Shown: piece by piece, positions 38,876 to 49,162 of the stretch
Numbering within the stretch: position 1 is the first letter of the stretch
Layout of the letters: each line of letters begins with the position of its first letter
Origin: Candidatus Bathyarchaeota archaeon
GTDB taxonomy: Archaea > Thermoproteota > CALKCG01 > B24 > DRYS01
DNA: 64,000 nt
Reading direction: 5' to 3'
NCBI GenBank assembly: GCA_018396535.1
Contig: JAGTQC010000001.1
Location: 192,001-256,000, forward strand
Translations under genes and position numbers: made by a program
Notes under the pieces: model-generated
Databases searched by the model: none
Told to the model about the DNA's origin: nothing
The model's input: only the letters and a program-made list of their open reading frames with translations

Positions 38876-40048
38876 TCATATATAGTTGAGTCCATAACTG
38901 ATTGAAGGTAGAGGCATTACCCTTTTAAAGACTTCTGGAATAGCCTCCATATTTATCCTAATATCATCACGTGTGTTATGTACAACGCTAGGCCTACCTA
39001 ATATGAGAGCGGTGAGGACCCTAGGATCTTCGATCCTCATAGATTTACCTGAAGCGTATAGCTCGATATATTTATCGTACGATGAAATTTTAAACCCCTC
39101 TACACCTATCCTCTCCTCTATATATGGTCTAATTTTATCGATGAATTTTATCGGATCGAGTATAGCAAAGCTTGCAGGAGCATAAGATGATATAGGTTTT
39201 AATCCATAAGATTCTAGAAGGGTTACAAGATCCCAGTCGCCATAAGGAACTGGTAGTCTTATACAATTAGCTTCAAACATCCTTAAAGCATCATATAGCA
39301 TACCGAGGATAGCGCTTCTAGATCCAGCATACTCTATCACAGCTAATAAATCGCTATGCCATCCAGGCCATCTATGTAGTAGAACTATATATGCAACAGG
39401 CCTACCCATCCTGTAAGATAAAAGTATTGATACGTACCCTCTAGCTTCGATACCAGCCGTATATATCCTATCTACGAGAAGCTTAAACTCTTCATAGCTC
39501 CTCCTAAACCTCACAGGCTCTCTCTGATATACATCGATAAGATCTAAAATCCTATCTTCAGTATACTTTTCAATTTTCATCCTATCCATATGCTCAGCTA
39601 AAAGCCTAGCTGCTTCGACCGATATATGGTAATCGTAGATTATACCTGATTCCACACATCCAGCTCTACTATATAATGTCCTAGCACCAGAAATCATAGC
39701 TAGATCAATACCATCTCTACGAAGCTTAGATAGAGCATCATCAACTAGTATAGAAGCATAGCCCCTCATCCTATAATCCGGATGTGTACATACACATCCT
39801 ATAAGACCGACTTTAAACTGTATTCCGTAGAAGTATAACAGCCCCTCCCATATCCCTAGGTGAGAAACTACTCTACCATCACGTACTATAACCCTTAGGT
39901 TTTCTAAATTATTCTCAGAGAATACTTGAGGGAAGACCTTATCGATAGATATACCGTATCTATCAAAGCCGAAAATCCAGCTTACAAGCTTAATTACTTC
40001 AGGAAGCTCCTGGATCCTAGCAGCTCTAGGCCCTTCGAACATAACCAT
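38876..40048 (-). CDS. GNAT acetyltransferase, Eis-like
   Basis: VCTHPDYRMRGYAS acetyl-CoA motif, LYSRAG. Confidence 0.85.
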   Translation of the reverse strand: MVMFEGPRAARIQELPEVIKLVSWIFGFDRYGISIDKVFPQVFSENNLENLRVIVRDGRVVSHLGIWEGLLYFYGIQFKVGLIGCVCTHPDYRMRGYASILVDDALSKLRRDGIDLAMISGARTLYSRAGCVESGIIYDYHISVEAARLLAEHMDRMKIEKYTEDRILDLIDVYQREPVRFRRSYEEFKLLVDRIYTAGIEARGYVSILLSYRMGRPVAYIVLLHRWPGWHSDLLAVIEYAGSRSAILGMLYDALRMFEANCIRLPVPYGDWDLVTLLESYGLKPISSYAPASFAILDPIKFIDKIRPYIEERIGVEGFKISSYDKYIELYASGKSMRIEDPRVLTALILGRPSVVHNTRDDIRINMEAIPEVFKRVMPLPSISYGLNYI

Positions 40049-40153
40049 ATCCTGAGTACAGATAATCTATGAGATATTAACATTCAGACTGTAGTATTCA
40101 TAGAATTAGTGAAGAGATAAAAGTCTCGAGCATATCTAAACTCTACTTGCTAG

Positions 40154-40576
40154 ATGAGGTGCTTACGTTGCGGTCTATGCTGTAAGGATACAAAGATGGA
40201 GCTTTCGAATAACGATATCAGAAGGATAGTTAAGCTAGGATACAATCCGAGGGGATTCTTAGTGATACGTGATGGCATACCATACCTTAGGAATATAAAT
40301 GGCTACTGCTACTTCCATGATAAAGATAGTAGGAGATGTAGGATATACAGGTATAGACCGTTAGGATGTAGAGTATATCCGGTTATCTATATACAAGATG
40401 TAGATTTCACTATAGATAAACTATGTCCTATGCACTATACAGTATCTATAGATGAGCTCATAAGAAAATCATTGATCCTAATGAATCTTATTAAAAGAAT
40501 AGAGAAAGAACGTATAATACGTCTAAGATACGTTTATTATAATTTCTATAATAAGCATTCTATATTAGAAAATTAA
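40154..40576 (+). CDS. YkgJ family cysteine-cluster protein
   Basis: CLRCGLCC, C.F, CRIY..RP.GCR.YP. Confidence 0.9.
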   Translation: MRCLRCGLCCKDTKMELSNNDIRRIVKLGYNPRGFLVIRDGIPYLRNINGYCYFHDKDSRRCRIYRYRPLGCRVYPVIYIQDVDFTIDKLCPMHYTVSIDELIRKSLILMNLIKRIEKERIIRLRYVYYNFYNKHSILEN

Positions 40577-40811
40577 TATATTAAGCATAATTATACCTTA
40601 TTTGAATAGTTGAAGTATTTCTAATTAGAAATCTTAGATTCAGCATTTCTATATAGCGACTCTAACGCACATATAAAAGCATCTTATTGTAGGATTATCT
40701 TCTTATATTCACTACTAAACTTACTGTAAACAATAGCTTATCTAATCTAAGTTCTATATAAGAAAAAATAAATCTTCGAGAACCAGAATACCATATAGAT
40801 TTATCCTTAGC

Positions 40812-41561
40812 CTACTTGAATATGGAGGCTAGGAGCATCATTACTATAAAGCCAGCCACCAACCCGAATGCCGCTTCTCTACCAAACCCCTTCCTATGAC
40901 TTTCAGGCATCATCTCATCTGCAACCACGAATAACATCGCTCCAGCTACGAATGCTAAACACCATGGTAAAAGATATTGCGAGATTGAAACTGATACTAA
41001 CCCAAGCAATCCTCCTAGCGGTTCAACAAGCCCTGTTAGAGATGCGTATCCTGTAGCTTTAGAAGCCCTATACTTCTCTCTTAGTAGTGGTAATGCAACA
41101 GCTAAGCCTTCAGGCATATTCTGCAACCATATAGCTGTAGCGATTACTAACCTGGATGCTATATCACCGGAGCCGAAGCTCACCCCAACTGCCAACCCCT
41201 CAGGGAGGTTATGGATCGTTATAGCTATCATCAACAACCAGATGCGCGGCAGCTTTGATAAAGGACCCTCAGCTCCTGCAACAGGATGGAAATGTGGAGT
41301 GAACCGATCTATTAAGTGGATTATAAACGCCCCGATACCGAGGCTTATGGCTGATACTATTGGCCCGCCTAATTCGATTGCTGGTACAAGGAGGCTGAAA
41401 GCTGTCGCAGCTAGCATGATACCGGCAGCGAATCCTAGAAGGATATCGAGCAGATTATCTGAAATATTCTTTAAAAACATTACTGGTAGAGCCCCAGCAC
41501 CAGTAGCTGAACCAGCTATAAGACTTGCAGTAAACCTGATAGCGAACAGATTCATTGACAT
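40812..41561 (-). CDS. ZIP (ZupT/GufA) family divalent metal transporter
   Basis: GFAAGIMLAA, HNLPEGLAVG, QNMPEGLAV, AGAMLFVV..E..PE. Confidence 0.92.
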   Translation of the reverse strand: MSMNLFAIRFTASLIAGSATGAGALPVMFLKNISDNLLDILLGFAAGIMLAATAFSLLVPAIELGGPIVSAISLGIGAFIIHLIDRFTPHFHPVAGAEGPLSKLPRIWLLMIAITIHNLPEGLAVGVSFGSGDIASRLVIATAIWLQNMPEGLAVALPLLREKYRASKATGYASLTGLVEPLGGLLGLVSVSISQYLLPWCLAFVAGAMLFVVADEMMPESHRKGFGREAAFGLVAGFIVMMLLASIFK

Positions 41562-42484
41562 CCATTTCTCTATGAAAGGATGTTATCCCAAGTTAGGTAA
41601 TAGAGGGGGTCATAAGTTTTACCCTTAGGCTGTGATTATTTGGTTTACGTTCAAGTTTAAGACTGCTTCAACAATATCGCTTGAATATTCCCCGATTCTA
41701 TGGATACTTTCTAGAAATAATTATTATATTAATGGGAAGCACCCTATCTACCCCTCTTTCAGTCATAATTTTTACTGCCTCAGTCTATATCAAAACCATC
41801 TTCCCAGCTAAGAAGACTATAGCAAAAGCTGGAAAGATGGCTCTACAAACATATCCATCACTCAGCCAGCTACGCTAGGTCTAATCTAAGATCGCTACGA
41901 TACAGGTAAACAATCATCTCCAGAAGGTTTCACCCGCTCGTGTAGAGCCTTAGTAAATACCCTGTCATAACATTAAGCATATTGGTTACAACAGAATAGG
42001 AGGTATAAATAGATAGCTTCGAGTTTACGATATAAAGGTTTTATGTTATGATTTTATCCACGATCTTAGCGGGGATCATTATACATAACGTAAGTTAGTG
42101 CTACGCTTAGCAACCTAGCGTTATTACACTATCCCATCTGTAGGTAACGGATAGATACCTTAATCGCATTACGTTGAAAGGGCCCTCATAGACATCTGCT
42201 TTTATTCCATCATTTAAAGCGTACGAAGATCTTTCTATCCCTGCCTCAGCTTTAGATATAAGATAATCAATTGTCATCAATCAGCCTTTTATCTATTCAG
42301 TTGAATATAGTAGCTTATCGAGTAACCCTTCTAAATCTTCCTCTTCAATCGGTATAATCGAAGCTACTAGGCTTCCCTAGTTTAACTATAGTAGCTAACT
42401 AACATGGATGAATCCTAGATAAATCTTTAAGCCATCAGGTGAAAGTAATATACTATATGAAGAGCTACATTTCCGTGAAGATAT

Positions 42485-42814
42485 ATGGTGATTTCTATGA
42501 ATAGGAGAGTAGTTAAGAAGTTATTGATGATGTACATTGTATTTGTCTTAATGGTCGTTACGGGGATCATAAGCCTCGTATCTGGTATTATACTATGGCT
42601 TAGCGAAGAAGGTAGGTTTCGTGAAGGACTTCAACATGGTAGATACGTTAACAATGCTACGGAAGGATCTAGAAATGTCGTACTTAGACTAGGTAGAGGT
42701 TTATGGCGAGATATCCATATGTATTCTTCGCTTGCTTGCGTAGGAATAGTAGTAGTACATATATTATTCAACTGGAGATGGATAACTTCCGCGACTAAAG
42801 CCGTACTTAGATAA
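42485..42814 (+). CDS. DUF4405-type small membrane protein (possible heme-b binding)
   Basis: SGIILW...W.DIH.Y....VVVHI..NW.WI. Confidence 0.78.
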   Translation: MVISMNRRVVKKLLMMYIVFVLMVVTGIISLVSGIILWLSEEGRFREGLQHGRYVNNATEGSRNVVLRLGRGLWRDIHMYSSLACVGIVVVHILFNWRWITSATKAVLR

Positions 42815-42955
42815 CAGTACAGTAATCGATTACAGCAGATACAACATAATCTATAAATTGCTGATGGAAGGTTGACCTATGAAGTGATCGAGATAGTTTC
42901 AAGATAAACGGTAAAGATAATCGTTATATATTATTCGGAACCTTAACCTAATGGT

Positions 42956-43612
42956 ATGAGTATGTTTCAGGATATTCGTAAATGGTATCGTGAAGTTACA
43001 GCTTATAGAGTTGTAGATTCTTTAAGAAAGAGAGGGTTTGAAGCATTCTATGTAGAATCTAAGATTGAAGCTAAGGATCTAGCACTTAGACTCATACCTT
43101 CTAATACGGTTACTATAGGGGTGGGTGGATCTGTGACGATAAGAGAGATTGGATTATTAGAGGCTCTATCTGATAAAGGATATAGAGTTACCCATCACTG
43201 GATAGAGGGATTGAGCGGGGATGAGAGTAGGAGAGTTAGACTTGAAGAAATTAACGCTGATGTATTTCTTACAAGCGTTAATGCTTTAACATTAGATGGT
43301 AGATTTATATTAGTAGATGGTGTAGGTAATCGTGTAGCAGCATCAGCCTTTGGACCTAAAACGGTTATAGCTATAGTAGGCTTCAATAAGCTGGTTCCAG
43401 ATCTAGATTACGGTTTATGGAGGGTTAAGAATGTTGCCATGCCTATGAATGCTAGAAGATTAAAGCTGGATACACCATGTGCTAAACTAGGATACTGTAC
43501 AGAATGCCAAGGCACTAGTAGAGGTTGTAGAGCTACCCTAATATTGGATATGAAGCCGTCGATGACAGAACACTATTACCTGATACTAGTAGGTGAAGAT
43601 CTAGGATTCTAA
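42956..43612 (+). CDS. LUD-domain (lactate utilization/YkgG-like) protein
   Basis: GGSVT, NALTLDG, DGVGNRV, G.NKLV, PC...G.C..C...C. Confidence 0.88.
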   Translation: MSMFQDIRKWYREVTAYRVVDSLRKRGFEAFYVESKIEAKDLALRLIPSNTVTIGVGGSVTIREIGLLEALSDKGYRVTHHWIEGLSGDESRRVRLEEINADVFLTSVNALTLDGRFILVDGVGNRVAASAFGPKTVIAIVGFNKLVPDLDYGLWRVKNVAMPMNARRLKLDTPCAKLGYCTECQGTSRGCRATLILDMKPSMTEHYYLILVGEDLGF

Positions 43613-43652
43613 ACTTAGTATAATCTTATTCTAAGGCCATAATCTATATATC

Positions 43653-44174
43653 TTATATCGAATCAAGGATCTCTACGAGGTATCGTAAGACGAAATTAAC
43701 AGATTCCTCCACCTTATCCGACAAACCTACATTGAATCCTATAAATTGAGGTTGAATAGCTAAAACTAGTATACGAGCTTTTAAACCATTCATCTCCAAG
43801 TACTTAGCCATGATAGTCAAGGAAGGTTTATGCGTCGATATAGAGGCTCGATCAAGAGATGAAATATCGAGTAGAGATACAGAGCCTGGAGATCCACCGA
43901 AATCTACAGCATCCAAGATCAATATGAGATCAGGTTGAAAACGTAGGACGATCGATGTAAACGCTTCTGGGGCTACACCACACTCTAATACAAGTATACA
44001 CGGTTTATTAATTATAGCCGATAATCTTCTAGCAGCTATAATCCCAACCCCATCATCACCCATAAGCTCGTTACCCACACCTAAAATAGCTATCCTACTA
44101 CACCCAGCTACAACATTACCCAACATATCGATGAATGACTTCATCTCACGAAATAAATCTAATAATGATGACAC
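43653..44174 (-). CDS. hycI: Hydrogenase maturation endopeptidase, HycI-type
   Basis: GVGNELMGDDGVG, PE, DAVDFG, STH, IQP. Confidence 0.85.
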   Translation of the reverse strand: MSSLLDLFREMKSFIDMLGNVVAGCSRIAILGVGNELMGDDGVGIIAARRLSAIINKPCILVLECGVAPEAFTSIVLRFQPDLILILDAVDFGGSPGSVSLLDISSLDRASISTHKPSLTIMAKYLEMNGLKARILVLAIQPQFIGFNVGLSDKVEESVNFVLRYLVEILDSI

Positions 44175-44612
44175 TATTTCATCTATTAATATCTTACTCT
44201 GTAATTCAGCTAGGTAAGAAACTAAGCAGCATATATCATATAGTATAACGCTGACAAAACTCTACCAAGATAAAGTTTTCATAATAAGGTAGAGCCTATC
44301 ATTCTAAGTGACCTATCCCCTACTCATCGAATAAAGTCAACCTCACCCTGCCACTTCCCGTTCATCCATCATCCTCACTCAAAATTTTTACTGAATAGCT
44401 TAGCTACTTCCACCCTCTGTTAGGGCGCAGTCTGAATGTGCTTTACTTGAAAGAGCTAAAAGGGTGATGAGAATCGGCTGCTTCCAGGTTTTGGAAGAGT
44501 TGAATATTAAGAGGGGATATATGCTTAAAAATACTTTACGAATTTGGGATGGGGGTTGTCTTTAACTAAATATGAAGCCCGTTTTCATAAAAGTATGGAG
44601 GAGTATATTCAG

Positions 44613-44687
44613 CGGACCCGGCGGGATTTGAACCCGCGACCACCGGCTTAGAGGGCCGATGCGCTGTCCTGGCTGCGCTACGGGTCC
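44613..44687 (-). tRNA. tRNA-Arg(UCU) with non-canonical C33; no intron, CCA not encoded
   Basis: GGACCCG/CGGGTCC acceptor stem; GCGC D-stem with A20; TCGGC-CCTCTAA-GCCGG anticodon arm; GCGGG-TTCAAAT-CCCGC T-arm; G73. Confidence 0.92.
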
Positions 44688-46093
44688 ATACCACTAATAT
44701 TTTCAGCTTCTACTTTCTGATTTAAGGATTTCCTCGGTTCTAGGTGTATATCGACTTCATCTACTCCAAGCTTTTCTTTTAGATACGCTTCTATGCTAGA
44801 TGCTATTCGATGAGCCTCTTTGAGCGGTGTATCTGGTTTGAGTTCTAAGTGGAGGGTTAGTAGTTTCATACCCTTCGATTCTATTATTACTGCTTCATGA
44901 ATCTCTTCAACCCCCTGAACGATCATTCTAGCTTCCTCTATAGTTTTCGCTATCTTCTCATCTCTTACCTCTCTAAGTGTTGCTTCTGTTCTTTCAAGAC
45001 TTGTTTCCATATGTATACTTATGAACCCTAGGTTTGGTATAGCCTGTCTCAGATTACCTTCTATCTCTTCAGATATTCTATGTGCTTCATTCAGCGATAT
45101 CGATGGATCTAATTCTACATGGAATATGAGTGCTACTCGGCCTCTAGATGTATATATACGTATGCTATGTACATTCTTGACATTTTGATCTTTAGATACT
45201 ATATTTCTAATGATCGTCTCTATATCTGCCTTTCTAGGCGGCTCTATATGGATCGTTACATCTGCATCGGTGTATACGCTCTTAATCTTATCTTCTATAT
45301 GATCTGCGATACCATGAGCTTCGGCTATACTATAATCGTTTCTTAAAGATAACGATACATCTACCTGGAGTCTATTCCCTAGACTCCTTACCCTAACATG
45401 CTTAACATCCTCTACAGCTTCTATACCAGATACTATGGAAGATATCTTCTCAGCTACACCTGTTGGAGCTCTATCTAGTAGTATACCTGATGATTTTAAT
45501 AGAAGCCTATATGCTTCCCTAGCTAGTATTATCGATAGAACGATAGAAACTGCTACATCGACTAGGTAGAGGTTACTAAAAGCTATGAAGACTAGACAAG
45601 CTAATTCAGGTATGGATCTAGATATATCACCAAGCATATTTATAGAACAGGCTTCTAGAGCTGGACTTAAATACCGTATGGAAGTTCTTCTAGAATATAT
45701 GAATAGTGCTAGATCTATGAGGGTTGTGAGGGTTATTAGGGATATGCCTATAACATGGTTAACGATCAATATAGGATTTATCACACGCTGTACTGCTTCA
45801 TAGAGTATAACTACTACTATTATTACTATGAATAACGCCTCTATAAATGCTACTAGACTTTCAGTTTTACCATGTCCATAATGATGATCCACATCTGGTG
45901 GAGCCATAGATATTCTTAAAGCAAAATATACCATCACAATATTCAGTATATCAAGAATAGAATCGAAAGTTTCGGTCTTCAATATCAAGCTTCCAGTCAA
46001 TAATGCAGCTATAGCCTTAACTATAGTAACTATTATAACGGATATTAGTATCACCGATGCAGCTCTCAGCTTACCATAACTGTTACTTATCAA
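44678..46093 (-). CDS. Cation diffusion facilitator with three tandem C-terminal metal-binding/dimerisation domains
   Basis: DSILD (TM2), PPD.DHHYGHGK.E, NMLGD (TM5); three (E)AH.I...IE...IH.E(P) repeats. Confidence 0.92.
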   Translation of the reverse strand: MISNSYGKLRAASVILISVIIVTIVKAIAALLTGSLILKTETFDSILDILNIVMVYFALRISMAPPDVDHHYGHGKTESLVAFIEALFIVIIVVVILYEAVQRVINPILIVNHVIGISLITLTTLIDLALFIYSRRTSIRYLSPALEACSINMLGDISRSIPELACLVFIAFSNLYLVDVAVSIVLSIILAREAYRLLLKSSGILLDRAPTGVAEKISSIVSGIEAVEDVKHVRVRSLGNRLQVDVSLSLRNDYSIAEAHGIADHIEDKIKSVYTDADVTIHIEPPRKADIETIIRNIVSKDQNVKNVHSIRIYTSRGRVALIFHVELDPSISLNEAHRISEEIEGNLRQAIPNLGFISIHMETSLERTEATLREVRDEKIAKTIEEARMIVQGVEEIHEAVIIESKGMKLLTLHLELKPDTPLKEAHRIASSIEAYLKEKLGVDEVDIHLEPRKSLNQKVEAENISGMDP

Positions 46094-46125
46094 GGTTTAA
46101 ACATAAAACAGGCTACCTGTTTAAC

Positions 46126-46890
46126 TTAAAGATTTTCCGTTTCTAAACCTATTATCTCTGAGGGAATACAACAGATATCTTCGAGTATATAGTCTGGATC
46201 TCTAGCGTACATGTATTCTTCATAACATGCTTCATCGTATTTTTCAGATGGGTTTAAAACTAGTATAGTCTTCATACCGATTGATGAAGCACCATAGATA
46301 TCCGTGTATGGGTTATCACCTACGAAGATGCATTTAGATGCATCAACTCCTATTTCCGATAGGACTTTCATGAATATAGCTGGATGAGGCTTCCGGTAGC
46401 CAATATAATATGAGATAGCTATATAATCGAAGAAGTTGTCTAGCATAAGCCTAGATAGTATCGATCTAACAGCATCCCCCCACGTGAAATTCGATATCAA
46501 TGCTATCTTAAACCCGAGACTTCTAAGCATACCTAGCACATCATATACACATTTAAATGGTTTAGCAAACTCTATATATGGCTCGAAGTATTCTCTCACA
46601 GCTTCCTCTACACACTTATCCGATGGATCCACATTATACCCGATTTCTCTTAACGATTCAGCTATCCATACAGTATTCGGGACCTCTACTAGTAGACTAT
46701 GCCTTATCCTAGAATACTTAATGGAAACTCTACGATATATTTCTATAAAGTTCTCATCCAGACGGAAGCCTGAACGTATGAGGGAATCTAGCATACGCTT
46801 TTCTTGCAAATGCTCCACAGGCTCTACATATACTAGTGTACCGATTAGATCGAATATGAAAGCTTCAAAATCGCAAGGCGTATACGGCAT
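46126..46890 (-). CDS. HAD-superfamily hydrolase
   Basis: FDLIGTL, ISN, RKPHP.IF, VGDNPYTDIYGA. Confidence 0.9.
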   Translation of the reverse strand: MPYTPCDFEAFIFDLIGTLVYVEPVEHLQEKRMLDSLIRSGFRLDENFIEIYRRVSIKYSRIRHSLLVEVPNTVWIAESLREIGYNVDPSDKCVEEAVREYFEPYIEFAKPFKCVYDVLGMLRSLGFKIALISNFTWGDAVRSILSRLMLDNFFDYIAISYYIGYRKPHPAIFMKVLSEIGVDASKCIFVGDNPYTDIYGASSIGMKTILVLNPSEKYDEACYEEYMYARDPDYILEDICCIPSEIIGLETENL

Positions 46891-46917
46891 AGTTTACTCG
46901 AATACCTCCTATCGGTA

Positions 46918-48285
46918 TCAGTATTCTATACAACCATAATTCTCCATTATAGATGATACGAATAGTATCCCCTTTAGGAAGGCATCCCTTGTCGTATATT
47001 CATTAGGCGCATGAGCGTTGGATAACGGTGGCGCACATCCAGTCCATACAGAGTTTAAGCCTAATCGCTTAGTGAAGAGGTAATCTGGACCGGATCCAGG
47101 TGAATTTGGGTATATCTGAGGTTTGGATTGGTAGACTTCAGATGCAGCTATAGATACTGCTCTAACTATCGGAGCTGATGGAGGGGTTTTAGACGGTTCT
47201 AGAAAGTTTAGAGCCTTAACTTCTATATCCTCGAATCCCTTAGCCTTCAGATGTTTCTTAAGATTTTCTAAGAGTTTATATGGATTCTGATCGTATACAA
47301 GTCTGAAATCTATCTTAACATAGGCATCCCTTGGAAGAACTGTTTTCACACCTGGACCTGTATAACCAGCGTTTATGCCTGCTATATTACATGTAGGTTG
47401 GAATAGAAGTTTTTTAACAGCTTCAACCCTTTCGACCCCGCATAGGAACTTATCCAGGTTGAAATGAGATTTCAAGCCAGCGAGTAGTGTTTCGTAGTCA
47501 ACTTCCTCCAAGAGTTTGAGATCATCTTCAGTAGGTACACGTACATCGTCGTACCATCCATCTATAAGGATAGATCCATCAGGGGATCTCAGAGTATTTA
47601 AAGCTTGTATAAGCCTCCACGCTGCATTCTCTATCAATGGTGCGAGAGATGAATGCGCATCTACACGAGCAGTCCTACATCTAAGCTCTACGTAGAGCAT
47701 ACCTTTAAGTCCCAGCCATAGTTCAGGTCTACCTTTAGGATCTAACCCTCCATCGAAGCATATAGCGGCATCTGCTTTAAGTCTATCCTTATACGCTTCT
47801 ACATATCTAGATAAATTGGGGCTACCGATTTCCTCCTCTCCTTCGAATAATACTTTAATATTTACAGAAGGGGCTAACCCCAGTTTGGAATAGGATTCTA
47901 CAGCTTTAACTATAGCCATAACGTTAGATTTACTATCAGCAGCCCCTCTAGCTGTTATTTTACCATTACTCTCTACAGCTTCAAACGGTGGCGAAGACCA
48001 CTCCTCTAAAGGTTCTGGTGGTTGTACATCATAATGCCCGTATAGTAGTATCGTCTTAGAGGAGCTGGAGTACAACTCTCCATAGACTACCGGGTTAGCA
48101 TCTTTCATCCTCCATACTTCAACTCTAAACCCAGCTTTCTCCATGAACTCTCTAAGCATAGAAGCGCAGGCGTCTACTCCCTCACCTCTAGCTGATATAC
48201 TGGGTTGTCTAAGGAAATCTTTAAGATCCTCTATATACTCCTCGCCAACTTTATCTAGAAGACTCTTTATCTCATCTAGCTTCAT
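46918..48285 (-). CDS. M20/M25/M40 family metallopeptidase
   Basis: YGHYDVQP, RGAADSK, EGEEEIGS, HAPNE. Confidence 0.93.
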   Translation of the reverse strand: MKLDEIKSLLDKVGEEYIEDLKDFLRQPSISARGEGVDACASMLREFMEKAGFRVEVWRMKDANPVVYGELYSSSSKTILLYGHYDVQPPEPLEEWSSPPFEAVESNGKITARGAADSKSNVMAIVKAVESYSKLGLAPSVNIKVLFEGEEEIGSPNLSRYVEAYKDRLKADAAICFDGGLDPKGRPELWLGLKGMLYVELRCRTARVDAHSSLAPLIENAAWRLIQALNTLRSPDGSILIDGWYDDVRVPTEDDLKLLEEVDYETLLAGLKSHFNLDKFLCGVERVEAVKKLLFQPTCNIAGINAGYTGPGVKTVLPRDAYVKIDFRLVYDQNPYKLLENLKKHLKAKGFEDIEVKALNFLEPSKTPPSAPIVRAVSIAASEVYQSKPQIYPNSPGSGPDYLFTKRLGLNSVWTGCAPPLSNAHAPNEYTTRDAFLKGILFVSSIMENYGCIEY

Positions 48286-48339
48286 AACACTGCGTATAAA
48301 CCTAAATTAGAAGAATTCTTAAGATTTACGGGTAGAGGG

Positions 48340-49104
48340 ATGTTCCTAGCATTCATGGTTGGTTCAGCTGGATCTGGTAAGAGTATGTTAACCGCAGCGT
48401 TAGCAGAGTATCTACTCGAGAAGGAGCAGGATGTATGTATAGTAAATCTAGATCCAGGTGTATTGAATACACCATATAATCCGGATGTAGATGTAAGAAC
48501 CTACGTGTCTGTAGAGGATATACAGGAGGAGTATGGGTTAGGTCCTAACGGTGCACTCGTAATGGCTTCAGATCTTGTAGCAAACTATATAGAGGATATT
48601 AGGGAGGAGATAGAGGATATCGGCGCAGAATATGTAATTATCGATACACCTGGGCAGCTAGAGTTATTTGCTTTCCGTGCTAGCGGCCCGTTTATAGTTA
48701 GAGAGATTTCTAGGGATCCTAAAGTTATAGTTTACCTTGTAGATGCCCCATTCTCTGCTAATCCTTTAAACTTCGTATCAACCCTATACCTATCGGTTGC
48801 AGTCTATACTCGGATACTAGAGCCTCAAGTATACGTTCTCAGTAAGGTAGATCTATTGGATGAGGATACTAGGGAGAGGATACTAGGATGGTTTGAAGAT
48901 TTTGATATGCTAGAAGCTGATGTAGAAGGTTCTGTTAGAGATGAGAGTCTTATAATAGCGAGGAGTATAGTAGACGGATTGAGGGGTATAGATATATTCT
49001 CAGAGCTTATACCTGTATCTGCTAAAACAGGTGAAGGACTACCTCTACTATCTGCAGCTCTAACTAGAGTATTTACTGGTGGAGAAGAAATATTGGAAGG
49101 CTAA
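48340..49104 (+). CDS. GPN-loop GTPase
   Basis: GSAGSGKS, NLDPG, LGPNGA, DTPGQLE, SKVD, SA. Confidence 0.95.
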   Translation: MFLAFMVGSAGSGKSMLTAALAEYLLEKEQDVCIVNLDPGVLNTPYNPDVDVRTYVSVEDIQEEYGLGPNGALVMASDLVANYIEDIREEIEDIGAEYVIIDTPGQLELFAFRASGPFIVREISRDPKVIVYLVDAPFSANPLNFVSTLYLSVAVYTRILEPQVYVLSKVDLLDEDTRERILGWFEDFDMLEADVEGSVRDESLIIARSIVDGLRGIDIFSELIPVSAKTGEGLPLLSAALTRVFTGGEEILEG

Positions 49105-49162
49105 TCTAATTTGAGATAAGCTTTATGATAGTATGAGCATCTACGGTAATATTAGATAAGGG

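Noticed and set aside
41681-41878. 65-aa ORF in the gap after the ZIP gene
   Set aside because: No recognisable motif or SD; region looks like decayed sequence
42300-42400. Possible Phd/YefM antitoxin relic (GKP-VASIIPIEEEDLE) on the minus strand
   Set aside because: Needs an assumed frameshift and is too short to support
44463-44520. GTGATGA as the C box of a C/D sRNA (also ATGATGA near 53135)
   Set aside because: No properly spaced CTGA D box
44648-44654. Reading the tRNA loop as U-CUA-A (amber suppressor/pyrrolysine tRNA), given in-frame TAGs in pseudogenes
   Set aside because: Stem geometry centres UCU in a 7-nt loop, Arg identity elements are present, many intact genes end in TAG, no pyl genes are seen, and the TAG-containing fragments have other lesions
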